NCBI GenBank assembly: GCA_013360215.1
Contig: JABWCP010000009.1
Span: forward strand, 1-64,000
Origin: a bacterium
GTDB lineage: Bacteria > CLD3 > SB21
DNA: 64,000 bases
Direction of reading: 5' to 3'
Shown here: piece by piece, positions 38,987 to 48,464 of the stretch
Layout of the letters: the number at the start of each line of letters is the position of its first letter
Numbering within the stretch: position 1 is the stretch's first letter
Program-made: the position numbers and the translations under genes
The notes under the pieces: model-generated
Database searches by the model: none
The model's input: only the letters and a program-made list of their open reading frames with translations
Told to the model about the DNA's origin: nothing

Positions 38987-39718
38987 ATGCGTAGTCTCTT
39001 AATGATTGCTTTTTTATCTGTCGCATCGTATGCCCAAGCACAAAATTGGCAATGGCCGGACTCATCAAAAAACCTGCAGGTTCTTCCGCCAAATACACGT
39101 GGCGCCGAATTAAGAAAAACTATGTCTGAATTTATCAATGGGCTTGGTGTTCGTTGCGTGTATTGCCATGTCGGTGAAGATAACAAATCGCTCTCGACAT
39201 TTGATTTTGTCTCCGATGCCAAAGAAACTAAAAATACGGCTCGGAAAATGATGACGATGGTCAAAGTCATCAACGAAACGTATATCGCCCATGCGAATGA
39301 AAACAAGTCCAAACCGCTCGATGTCACGTGCGTCACATGCCATCGCGGCGCACCGCTGCCGGAACGCATTGAAGATATACTCGCTTCGACGTATGCGACA
39401 TCAGGCATTGATTCGGTCAAAAACCAATACCGCTCACTGCGCGGCGCATATTATGGAAGTTTTACGTATGATTTCAGAGAAGGTGTATTGCTGCGCACGG
39501 CATCACGCATCAAAAAAGCAACCGACCCTTCCGATGCCATCGCTTTGGTGGAACTCAATAATGAGCATTTTCCCAACTCTGTACGAACGCTTATAACGCT
39601 CGCCACACTTCATCAAGAAGCCAAACACATTGATGTGGCAAAATCCTACGCTAAAAAAGTTTTGGAAATTGAACCCGGAAACGAAGCCGCTAAAAAATTA
39701 ATAGAGAGCCTGAAGTGA
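38987..39718 (+). CDS. Diheme c-type cytochrome with C-terminal TPR-like helices
   Basis: Signal peptide; NLQVLP, LGVRCVYCH, KNTARKMM, VTCVTCHRG; AGGAG SD. Confidence 0.85.
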   Translation: MRSLLMIAFLSVASYAQAQNWQWPDSSKNLQVLPPNTRGAELRKTMSEFINGLGVRCVYCHVGEDNKSLSTFDFVSDAKETKNTARKMMTMVKVINETYIAHANENKSKPLDVTCVTCHRGAPLPERIEDILASTYATSGIDSVKNQYRSLRGAYYGSFTYDFREGVLLRTASRIKKATDPSDAIALVELNNEHFPNSVRTLITLATLHQEAKHIDVAKSYAKKVLEIEPGNEAAKKLIESLK

Positions 39719-39753
39719 TAACAAATACGACGCCTAAAAAATTTGCATAAAAA

Positions 39754-39877
39754 AAGAAGCTGTATCTGGCATTCGACTCAGTCGTGTCTGTTGATACGCG
39801 TTTCCGTTATTGTAGCTATAACAGAATGTATTCAACGGCACGAAATGATCTCAAACAACGGCCGGATACAGCTTCTT
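39754..39877 (+). other. Long imperfect rod-like hairpin (candidate ncRNA or MITE-like element) between convergent genes
   Basis: 17-bp outer stem 39754-39770 / 39861-39877, internal bubble, inner stems TCGTGTC/GGCACGA, GTTGA/TCAAC, TTCCGTTAT/ATAACAGAA. Confidence 0.6.
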
Positions 39878-39896
39878 AATTTTTACGCCTTATGAA

Positions 39897-41000
39897 CTAA
39901 GGCAGCATTTTTTCAATGGTATTGGCGATATGCGAAACGTCTTGCGCATCCACCACGGCCGAATTAGACACGCTTTTTAATTGGTTCACAACAGCTGAGT
40001 CTGTACTCGAATCCGTAATGAAGATAAACGGAATATCCAAATAATTAGCCGTCTCGCGGATCTGCATACAAAAATCATATCCTGAGATTTCATCATACTT
40101 AAAATCTGAAATAATCACATTAGGTTTGACGGTTCGCAACGCACCGATCCCGTCGGTGATGCCGTCCGCTGTTTTGACCGTGTGACCAAGACTGCTTAGA
40201 TTTTTTTCAAGAACTTTGCGAACCACCATACTGTGATTGATCACGAGTATTGAACCGGTTTTTTTGCTTTCTTGTTTGGGCGCTTCCGTTGAACCGCCGG
40301 AGCTCAGTCCGTCCAACGCAATCAAACGCGGCTTGACGACGAATGTACCGTCTTCCCAACCCATCAGCGTATCCATCGCTTCGTCTTCACCCAGTGTGCC
40401 AAACTTAATCGTTTGCAAAACACCTTTTTCAAATTCGATCACGGCCGTTTGACCCGCATTGGATACTTCGAGTGCACCGGTAAGCGAATTGGCTTCGCAA
40501 AAAGCCAGGACTTCGGTGATATGTTTATCACGCAGGCTGCCGGATGGCCCCGCGGGTGCTTGCGATTTAAGTTCTTTGGCTTTTTCGGAAACCACGGCGT
40601 TCGTCTCGCGGAGACGCTGGCTCATGATTTTGCTCATGGCAATGGAGATCGAAGGATACTTTTCTAAAATGATATCAAAGTCATCCTTGTCCAAAATAAA
40701 TGTTTCCGTATCATCAGCCGCCGATACGGTAGCCGAACGCGGTTCACCGGTGAGCAATGCCATTTCACCAAAATAATTGCCTTGCCCGATCTGTGCTAAA
40801 ACTTCGCCGTTCGCTGCGCTGACAGCGACTTTACCGCTCAAAACGATCCACATTTTATCACCGGGATCACCGATTTTACAAATGGGAGTACCGTTTTTGT
40901 ATTGTTTGAACTTGAGCTTTTCAGTTATAAAATCAATGCTATCGCGACCTAGCGAGCGAAAGAAAGGTACTTGTTTGAGAATCTCGCCTATTTGTATCAT
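39897..41000 (-). CDS. cNMP-binding + DUF4388 (PatA_N-like) + atypical receiver domain protein
   Basis: YFGEMALLTGEPRSATV; GSL...TGALEV...WEDGTFVV; C-terminal REC-like fold with IISD. Confidence 0.8.
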   Translation of the reverse strand: MIQIGEILKQVPFFRSLGRDSIDFITEKLKFKQYKNGTPICKIGDPGDKMWIVLSGKVAVSAANGEVLAQIGQGNYFGEMALLTGEPRSATVSAADDTETFILDKDDFDIILEKYPSISIAMSKIMSQRLRETNAVVSEKAKELKSQAPAGPSGSLRDKHITEVLAFCEANSLTGALEVSNAGQTAVIEFEKGVLQTIKFGTLGEDEAMDTLMGWEDGTFVVKPRLIALDGLSSGGSTEAPKQESKKTGSILVINHSMVVRKVLEKNLSSLGHTVKTADGITDGIGALRTVKPNVIISDFKYDEISGYDFCMQIRETANYLDIPFIFITDSSTDSAVVNQLKSVSNSAVVDAQDVSHIANTIEKMLP

Positions 41001-41064
41001 TCCATAAACTCCGAAGAAGAATCACAAAAAAAATTCTGATAAACGCGTGAAAGTAACATTTTTG

Positions 41065-41262
41065 CTATTGTATAGCAAGATTTTTTAAAATCAGCCAAAG
41101 CGAAAGTATAATAAGTACTACCCATAGCCATCGAAAAATCGAGGGTTTGCGGGTATCATTACGTCGAAACCGGATGGATTTACGAGACGTCGGTTCCGCT
41201 TCCGGTTTATACCGGCGCGGGGTGTATGAAAAATGACGATGCTTGGGTAATCGCGGTAACAC
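41065..41262 (-). CDS. Small basic single-pass membrane protein (about 65 aa, GTG start)
   Basis: LPKHRHFSYTPRRYKP...IRFRR...C-terminal TM; fills the gap right after the epimerase stop. Confidence 0.55.
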   Translation of the reverse strand: MLPRLPKHRHFSYTPRRYKPEAEPTSRKSIRFRRNDTRKPSIFRWLWVVLIILSLWLILKNLAIQ

Positions 41263-41264
41263 GG

Positions 41265-42296
41265 TTAATGAATACCTTGTTCTGTGACGCCGATCCCATC
41301 GCTTTCCGGTAAAATAAGTTGACCCTGATGATTGATCGTTACACCACGAAAAGGATCGTCGCGAATCAAAAGATGGCCGTCCAGATCGGCTTCGTCCGTC
41401 AGCGGCGTCAGATGCGCCGCGGCCGTCATGGCTAGCGAAGTGCTGACCATACAGCCGATCATTATTTTCATATCCAAAGCGCGCGCCGTTTGTATCATAC
41501 GTAAAGCTTCCCACATTCCGCCGCACTTGTCCAATTTGAGATTGATCCCGTGAAATGCGTGATGCAATCCCGGAATATCCCGCGACGTCATGACGTTTTC
41601 ATCAGCAATCAGAGGTAATGGTGAACGCGCTTTGAGCCATACCATATCCTCTAACGATTCTTTCGGCAGAGGTTGCTCGATGTACTCTACGTTTTGGGTG
41701 GCAAGCCAGGTTATTTTTTTGATGGCTTCGTCACGTTGCCAGCCTTCGTTGGCATCTACACGAATGGTTTTATCGGTACAGCGTCGAATGGTCTGCATGA
41801 TGGTATAATCTTCATCGCCGTTCCCCAGTTTTATTTTCAAAACAGGGTACGCCTCCGCTTCTTTGACTTTTTCGGTCAACACATCGGGTTCATCCATACC
41901 GATGGTAAATGATGTGCGGCACGTCTTATGAGGATTTAATCCCCAAAGCCGGTACAGCGGCATTTGACAGGATCGTGCCAGCCAATCGTAGGCCGCCATG
42001 ATCACACACGAGCGGGCTGACGGCTGATGCGGATATTTTTGAAGTAGCACCTCGTGCAAAGTCTGAATATCCGCGGGCGAGGATATGTCGCCGATCCATC
42101 GTGCGGTGTCCGATAACATCGTCTGAACGGATTCCGGCGGTTCACCATAGTAACGCGATGGCGAAGATTCGCCACGTCCTACGATACCGTCATGCATCAG
42201 CGTCGCCGTAAAAACAATTTTTTCCGAATACTGCGAACCCGAAATAATAAACGGATGCCGCAAATGCAACGTACGTGACTCAAACTGAAGTTGCAT
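41265..42296 (-). CDS. Dipeptide epimerase (L-Ala-D/L-Glu, enolase superfamily)
   Basis: TSFTIG, LKIKLG, VDANEGW, IEQP, ADE, NLKLDKCGG, DLDG. Confidence 0.92.
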   Translation of the reverse strand: MQLQFESRTLHLRHPFIISGSQYSEKIVFTATLMHDGIVGRGESSPSRYYGEPPESVQTMLSDTARWIGDISSPADIQTLHEVLLQKYPHQPSARSCVIMAAYDWLARSCQMPLYRLWGLNPHKTCRTSFTIGMDEPDVLTEKVKEAEAYPVLKIKLGNGDEDYTIMQTIRRCTDKTIRVDANEGWQRDEAIKKITWLATQNVEYIEQPLPKESLEDMVWLKARSPLPLIADENVMTSRDIPGLHHAFHGINLKLDKCGGMWEALRMIQTARALDMKIMIGCMVSTSLAMTAAAHLTPLTDEADLDGHLLIRDDPFRGVTINHQGQLILPESDGIGVTEQGIH

Positions 42297-42301
42297 GCAA
42301 T

Positions 42302-42967
42302 CTAACTCGCTAACATCACGATAAACGCGTTGAGCATCTCAAGTAAATATGCAAAAAAAGGACCGATCGCCGCATTGATCACGCCAAGGCTCATCATCAC
42401 GACGAGAATAAATAATCCGATAAAACCCAAACTGCGATACTGCTCACCAAGATGGGGCGGCAACAAACTTGCAACAACGTGCGAACCATCCAACGGCGGA
42501 ATCGGAACCAAATTAAACAAAGCAAGCAACAAATTGATTTGAATGCTGTATTTAAGAATTGTCAGCGCGAATTCACCGAATTGCAAACTCGACGCGGAAT
42601 CCGGTGATGCGGCCTTCCATACTAAGGACAACAAAACGATGAAAAGTGCCGATATGAATGCGATGATAAAATTAGATGCGGGTCCGGCCATCGAAACTAA
42701 AATATCGTCTCTGCGAAAGTGACGAAAATTGTTAGAATTTACGGGCACGGGTTTGGCCCAACCAAACATCAACCCTGCACTGCTCAATGCCAGTACCAGA
42801 GGTACGATGATCGTTCCCCATAAATCAACATGGCTGATCGGATTGAGTGTAATACGCCCTTCGCGATAGGCCGTATCGTCTCCGCACCATTTGGCTACAA
42901 GACCGTGCGCACATTCATGTACGACGACGGCTAAAATCAAAACCGGCAGATAAATGAGTTGTTCCAA
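42302..42967 (-). CDS. Site-2 protease (M50 family)
   Basis: HECAHG, TLNPISHVD, GWAKPVPVN, AGPASN, FNLVPIPPLDGS; TTG start. Confidence 0.93.
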   Translation of the reverse strand: MEQLIYLPVLILAVVVHECAHGLVAKWCGDDTAYREGRITLNPISHVDLWGTIIVPLVLALSSAGLMFGWAKPVPVNSNNFRHFRRDDILVSMAGPASNFIIAFISALFIVLLSLVWKAASPDSASSLQFGEFALTILKYSIQINLLLALFNLVPIPPLDGSHVVASLLPPHLGEQYRSLGFIGLFILVVMMSLGVINAAIGPFFAYLLEMLNAFIVMLAS

Positions 42968-42997
42968 TGACGTAACCTTTCTGTATTTATTTACAAC

Positions 42998-43714
42998 TTA
43001 ATTTTCTTCGTTTTCTTCTTCCGACATCAACGCTTTTTCGGCGTATTTCTTCCCCGCAATCAGGATGACAAATTCACCGCGCGGTGCATGTTTTTCAAAA
43101 TGCGCGATTAATTCCGACGGCGTACCGGAAACCGTTTCTTCGAATTTTTTGGTTATCTCGCGCGCTACGACCATAGGGCGTTCGCCGAGATATTCGCGCG
43201 CTTCCGACAGCGTTTTCATCACACGAAATGGCGATTCATACAAAACGATCGTACGGTCTTCTTCCGCGAACATTTTCCATCGTGTTTGGCGGCCTTTTTT
43301 ATGCGGTAAAAAACCTTCGAATACAAATCGATCCGTGGGTAAACCGCTCACCGATATAGCCGCCAAAGCGGCACTGGGCCCGGGCACGGCGGAAACCGGT
43401 AAACCCGCTTCCCGCACGGCGCGTACCAGCTTGAATGCCGGATCTGAAATCGTCGGTGTACCTGCATCGGAAACCACGGCCACGGATTTTCCGGACATCA
43501 GCAGTTGTAATATCTCCGGTATTCGGCGCAGTTCATTATGTTCAAAAAGACTGACCGTTCGTGCCGTGATACCGTAATGATCAAATAAAATTTTTGACTG
43601 ACGCGTGTCTTCGCAAGCGATCGTATCGGCTTCTTTGAGCACACGGATCGCTCGCAGTGTGATATCTTCCAGATTGCCGATCGGTGTCGCGACGATGTAT
43701 AATGTTCCGCTCAT
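42998..43714 (-). CDS. rsmI: 16S rRNA (cytidine1402-2'-O)-methyltransferase
   Basis: LYIVATPIGNLEDITLRA, CEDTR, SDAGTPTISDP, YESPFR, REITKKFEE. Confidence 0.96.
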   Translation of the reverse strand: MSGTLYIVATPIGNLEDITLRAIRVLKEADTIACEDTRQSKILFDHYGITARTVSLFEHNELRRIPEILQLLMSGKSVAVVSDAGTPTISDPAFKLVRAVREAGLPVSAVPGPSAALAAISVSGLPTDRFVFEGFLPHKKGRQTRWKMFAEEDRTIVLYESPFRVMKTLSEAREYLGERPMVVAREITKKFEETVSGTPSELIAHFEKHAPRGEFVILIAGKKYAEKALMSEEENEEN

Positions 43715-44121
43715 AATCTAAATCCTTCCGCGGCACGCAAAACATCCGCTTCCAACTCTTCAAACTTCGCATGGCGAATCGCCGGAAAAGCAATTAATAA
43801 AATATGCCATCCGCGAAAATGAAATTTGTTTTTCCTGAAAATTTCACGCAAACGACGTTTATACAGATTGCGTTGCACGGCATTGCCGATACGTTTGCCG
43901 CATACAAAAGCAGCCATCAAATCGGATGCCTTCGCGCCTTCTTGCGGTACGATGATCAGTTGCACAAATCGCCCGTTTCTCCGTCGGCCATTCTGAAACA
44001 TGCGTTCAAACGCATCTTTATGGCGAATGATCATACGCCGCGGCAATCGGCGGTTAATAAAAGCTTCGTCTATCGGATCATTCATAACGGTTACGGGCGG
44101 AAATGATGTAGAGGAAATCAC
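43711..44121 (-). CDS. rnpA: Ribonuclease P protein component
   Basis: F..F..GRR and KRIGNAVQRNLYKRRLREIFR (RNR-like motif); start GTG 44121 or ATG 44085. Confidence 0.88.
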   Translation of the reverse strand: MISSTSFPPVTVMNDPIDEAFINRRLPRRMIIRHKDAFERMFQNGRRRNGRFVQLIIVPQEGAKASDLMAAFVCGKRIGNAVQRNLYKRRLREIFRKNKFHFRGWHILLIAFPAIRHAKFEELEADVLRAAEGFRL

Positions 44122-44157
44122 AACGCAAACCTTGTTTTTTCGTCACAAGGAATCTAT

Positions 44158-45249
44158 TCATCGTAATGGCAGCTGAACATAAAACGCGGCGCCGCTCGGA
44201 AAATTCTTAGGCGGACTTTCAACCCATATTTTTCCGCGATGCGCTTCGGCAACATGTTTACAAAATGTCAGGCCTAAGCCGGTACCGGCTTTGTTATGTT
44301 GATCTTTAGCCTGACCAAATTTTTCGAAAATGGTTTTTTTGTACGGTTCCGGAATATTCGTGCCTTGATTGACCACGCCAAAAACAACGTCACCGTTGTC
44401 GAGCTGTGTCGCGTCCAGTATGATCGTACTCTTGGATTCGGCAAATTTGATCGCATTGGCCAATAAATTGGTAACCACCCTACCGACTAATATTTTATCC
44501 ACTTCGCAAAATATCTCATCCCGATCGGATTGTACGCTCAATTGCAATCCTCCGCGCATCAAAAGCGGTTTGGCCCGTCCGGCGATGTCACGCAGCATAT
44601 CTAAAAGAGAAGTGTCTTCTTTGCGAATCTCCATCTTGTTGGCTTCCAATTTGCCGATATCCAGCAAATTATTGATCAGCAGCAGTGAATCTTCGATATC
44701 GGCAGACGCGATGCTGATAAAATCGAGTAACTTCTCTTCGTGAATATTATCGCGCAAAAACTCAAGTGACATTTTGATGGAACTCATCGGTGTACGCAGA
44801 TCGTGCACGATCATGCTTGTCATGTCTTCTTTGAGCCGTTCCAATTTGGCGATTTCGTCAAATAACGCTTTCGATTGCAATAATGCTTTCATACGCGCGG
44901 CGAGAATCACCGCATCAAACGGTTTGGTCAAAAAATCTTCCGCGCCGGCTTCGATACCTTTGACGTTATCTTCGACTTTATCCAAAGCGGTAATCATGAT
45001 CACCGGGATGTGGCGCGTCCTGTCGTTACTTTTGATTCGACGGCAAACTTCGAAGCCGTCCATTTCCGGCATCATCACATCCAGCAAAATCAGGTCCGGA
45101 TTTTCAGTGCGAATCAATTCCAGCGCATCTTTACCGTTGGTGGCGACGATGACATTGTGACCCATCGGTTCCAGAAAACTCTGCATCATCATGAGATTGA
45201 GTTCGCTGTCATCCACCGCGATAATAGTTTTCCCCGTCTGTTCAGGCAT
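44158..45249 (-). CDS. Hybrid receiver-histidine kinase
   Basis: VDD, LLDVMMPEMDG, TKPF; HDLRTP, NLLANAIKF, GTGLGL; start ATG 45249. Confidence 0.93.
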   Translation of the reverse strand: MPEQTGKTIIAVDDSELNLMMMQSFLEPMGHNVIVATNGKDALELIRTENPDLILLDVMMPEMDGFEVCRRIKSNDRTRHIPVIMITALDKVEDNVKGIEAGAEDFLTKPFDAVILAARMKALLQSKALFDEIAKLERLKEDMTSMIVHDLRTPMSSIKMSLEFLRDNIHEEKLLDFISIASADIEDSLLLINNLLDIGKLEANKMEIRKEDTSLLDMLRDIAGRAKPLLMRGGLQLSVQSDRDEIFCEVDKILVGRVVTNLLANAIKFAESKSTIILDATQLDNGDVVFGVVNQGTNIPEPYKKTIFEKFGQAKDQHNKAGTGLGLTFCKHVAEAHRGKIWVESPPKNFPSGAAFYVQLPLR

Positions 45250-45263
45250 AAAGCACCAAAGGT

Positions 45264-47066
45264 TTATTTCATAAATTGCCGCAAACCGTCGCGAATTGCT
45301 TCCGCGCACGTTTGCTGAAACTTGGGATCGCGGATTTTTTTCTCCTGATCCGGTAACATGATAAATGCGTTTTCCACGAGCACCGCCGGCATGCGGCTGT
45401 TGCGCACTACGGCGATATTGCCCTGAAAGACACCGTAGTTTGGTAATTTAACTTTATTTACGAGAGATTCGAGTATTTTTTCTCCCAAGAGCCGGCTGTG
45501 CGGATGATAATAAATCACGCTGTGACCGAAGTTTGAACGGAGCGGATTAACACCGTCCGGTAAGGCATTGTGATGAATACTGACGAATAAATCGCAATTA
45601 TTCGCATCGGCAAACTGCACGCGCTCGTACAACGTCAAACCCTTCGTCGTATCGTCGTGCGTCATCAATACCTCCGCCCCGTCGGCGATGAGCAGTTTTT
45701 TCAACCATTGCGCAATTTCGACATTAGCCTGTTTTTCCGTCGTACGGCGCGGCCCGACAGAACCCGGATCTTTGGTATGCCCGGGATCAATACATATGCG
45801 CAAACCTTTGAGCGATGTTTGTTTAGGTTTGTGGTAAATACGCCATACCAAATTGCTGTTTTCGTAGCGCACCTCGTAACCCCAGCTCAAAGGAGAATGT
45901 AAGCTGACCGTCACACAAAACACGTCGCGTTCCGGCTGCGACCAATGAATCTGCGCGATATCCGGATCCTCCGTTTCAAATCGTATCCAGTCTGTATCCG
46001 CTTTGCCGCCGTAGACGAACAGTTTGAACATTACCGGCGAAATTTGTTCGACGCGATACGGAAGTTTTTCCGACATCGTAAGTTTGATCACTGATGTACG
46101 TTCATCGCGACGCACACGAATTACGGGTATGGTGCTTGCGGGCACCGGTGTCCCGGGTGCCGCGTAGGTCAATTCATCTTCCGAAACCCAAGCGGAGTGA
46201 TTTTCGGCAAAACGCAGGCGCCGCCATGACCCGATACTCCCGTCAATCAACACGCGTAATCCACCTTGCAAAAAATAATAAAACGATTGCCCGGGCATCG
46301 TACGCGGTTGATGGTAAGGCCCATTTAATTCAGCAACAAGGCGCTCATGTTTGGGCCAAAGATCAATGAAACCCCGCGCGACGGATGTGATCGATTTCTT
46401 TTTTTTCTCTACACGAAACGCAACACGAGACCGTTGATACGATATGCCCTCACGAAGACGGTACGTCGCGGAATACATGCCCGGTATCGGTTCCGAACGT
46501 GTATCACGATCTTCACCGTATACCGCATTGGGAAAATCATCCATCCTATCCGTTTCGTATTCAGCCATCGGATAAGGACCGTCTATTATTTTTCCGCTCG
46601 AATCTATAATAATAAATTCAACCGACGCATGCGGGGTGGCACGGCAGGCGATCGGAATATCATCACCTGTCTGGAGACGGTGCACACGCGACGGCTTAAG
46701 TGATAACGAATCAATTTGTGGGCTGTCAGAATCTAATGGTCGTGGTAAAAGTGGAATACGCACACGATGATAGCGTACGATCGTACAATCTTTTGTTTTG
46801 ATTTCAAAACGCATTTGAAAAACCGAGTCTTTTTGGACATTGGTTATCGGCAAAAATTGAATAAACGCACCGTCTTCATGTGTCGGCGTTGACATGGTAT
46901 TAATCCGAAGCGACTGGTGTGCGACTTTGACGCACCCAAAAACAAATAAAGAATCATTTGATCCGATCAGAACGCCTTCGCGGGGATACACCACGTCAAG
47001 CACTTTGGTCTGAGCATACGCGTACCCGTTTACCCATAGAAATAGCAGGATCACAAATCGTGTCAC
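45264..47066 (-). CDS. N-acetylmuramoyl-L-alanine amidase (Amidase_3) with long N-terminal region
   Basis: IDPGH, EKQAN, FVSIHHNA, PAVLVENAF; signal peptide. Confidence 0.92.
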   Translation of the reverse strand: MTRFVILLFLWVNGYAYAQTKVLDVVYPREGVLIGSNDSLFVFGCVKVAHQSLRINTMSTPTHEDGAFIQFLPITNVQKDSVFQMRFEIKTKDCTIVRYHRVRIPLLPRPLDSDSPQIDSLSLKPSRVHRLQTGDDIPIACRATPHASVEFIIIDSSGKIIDGPYPMAEYETDRMDDFPNAVYGEDRDTRSEPIPGMYSATYRLREGISYQRSRVAFRVEKKKKSITSVARGFIDLWPKHERLVAELNGPYHQPRTMPGQSFYYFLQGGLRVLIDGSIGSWRRLRFAENHSAWVSEDELTYAAPGTPVPASTIPVIRVRRDERTSVIKLTMSEKLPYRVEQISPVMFKLFVYGGKADTDWIRFETEDPDIAQIHWSQPERDVFCVTVSLHSPLSWGYEVRYENSNLVWRIYHKPKQTSLKGLRICIDPGHTKDPGSVGPRRTTEKQANVEIAQWLKKLLIADGAEVLMTHDDTTKGLTLYERVQFADANNCDLFVSIHHNALPDGVNPLRSNFGHSVIYYHPHSRLLGEKILESLVNKVKLPNYGVFQGNIAVVRNSRMPAVLVENAFIMLPDQEKKIRDPKFQQTCAEAIRDGLRQFMK

Positions 47067-47087
47067 GTGAATATCCGTTGTTTTGGA

Positions 47088-47603
47088 TTAATTTCTTCGG
47101 TCAATGAGAATTTGCAGGCGCGTCACGGCGTCTTTGGCGGATTGATAATTGGGATAGAGATGCAAAGCGCCACGGTATTCGGCGATCGCTTCAAACCAGC
47201 GTCCCTGCATTTCAAAAATCCGCCCGAGGTTAAAAAAAGGATAATGTCGGGCTTCGTAACGACGCGCATGTTTGGCTTTTTCAAGCCAAGGGATGGCATC
47301 TTCCAATCGTTGGAGCGAGATTAGGTAGGCGCCGATATCGTTATAAGGATTACCAAAGTCGGGATCTACAGTGATGGCGGCTTCGCATTTACTGATCGCT
47401 GCCGCATAATCACCGAGGTGACTATACGCCCAGCCCATAAATGTCAACGCTTCTGCCGTCGGATGCAACGCAAGTGAACGCTGATATTCATCTATCGCGT
47501 CCTGTAAGCGCCCGGCCATTTGCAATTCGTATGCTTTGCGAAAATGAACGCCGGCTTCGCGCAGAACCGTATTTTCGCCTTTTTGAAATGTTTCGTCGAA
47601 CAC
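47088..47603 (-). CDS. Tetratricopeptide-repeat protein
   Basis: PTAEALTFMGWAYS, DPDFGNPYNDIGAYL, YPFFNLGRI. Confidence 0.85.
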   Translation of the reverse strand: MFDETFQKGENTVLREAGVHFRKAYELQMAGRLQDAIDEYQRSLALHPTAEALTFMGWAYSHLGDYAAAISKCEAAITVDPDFGNPYNDIGAYLISLQRLEDAIPWLEKAKHARRYEARHYPFFNLGRIFEMQGRWFEAIAEYRGALHLYPNYQSAKDAVTRLQILIDRRN

Positions 47604-47768
47604 GCCGTTTAAAAATTGAACCTTTTGATTTGCCGGTTAATCTACCACGGCGCGGTACGACATTCAAGGATAGAAATAATAATTATCCTTCTAAATGAAA
47701 TATTTACTTTTTGCGTTACGTTCTGTAAAATACTTACATATTACAAACGCACGCTATGTCACGGTATT

Positions 47769-48464
47769 ATGATTGATTTCAAAACAGAATTCCAAAAAGA
47801 AATTGAAGAACAATTTGCAAATGGACTTGAATGGGAATTGGTCGGCATTCTCACGAAAAATTCAGGCGTTTACACGCTATCATACGATTCTAAAATCTTA
47901 TCAGGGATTTTTGAGATTCTATGCGAGCCGATCATAATTCGGGTTGCAGAGAAGCACCATTTGGTTGTGGAAAAAGCTAAACAAAACCAATACCCTGAAT
48001 TCACCTTATTTGATCCCCATCATCCTCATGAAAAAATAGCCGTTGATATCAAATCTACGTATAGACAGTTTACCTCTGAAAAGCTTTTAAAGCCTTTTGG
48101 ATTTACTTTAGGTTCTTATCGCTCCTACTTAAGATATCCTAACAAAGGAATTCTTTATCCATACGGTGAATATATAAAACATTGGGTTATTGGTTTCTTA
48201 TATACTCGCAACACACAAAATCGAACAACAGAAATTCGTCAGGTAATCGAAGCTGCTCAGTTGCAACCACCCTATTCTCATATTGAATATTTCGTTCAGG
48301 AGAAATATAAAATCGCAGGACGAACACCGGGAAGCGGCAACACTACAAACATCGGATCCATTAAGAGCAATGATATAGATGTGTTTCGTAGTGGATTACA
48401 GGGTTTTCGCAGTCATAATGAATTCGAAAATTACTGGAGTAACTACAGAGGTGCTAATGAATAA
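47769..48464 (+). CDS. Type II restriction endonuclease, EcoRV family
   Basis: DSKILSGIFE, QNQYPEFTL, IAVDIKSTY, FTLGSY, HWVIG, GSGNTTNIGS follow the R.EcoRV sequence as I recall it; start ATG 47769. Confidence 0.9.
   Translation: MIDFKTEFQKEIEEQFANGLEWELVGILTKNSGVYTLSYDSKILSGIFEILCEPIIIRVAEKHHLVVEKAKQNQYPEFTLFDPHHPHEKIAVDIKSTYRQFTSEKLLKPFGFTLGSYRSYLRYPNKGILYPYGEYIKHWVIGFLYTRNTQNRTTEIRQVIEAAQLQPPYSHIEYFVQEKYKIAGRTPGSGNTTNIGSIKSNDIDVFRSGLQGFRSHNEFENYWSNYRGANE

Noticed and set aside
38987-39718. Photosynthetic reaction-centre cytochrome
   Set aside because: Only two hemes, a TPR tail and no photosynthesis genes
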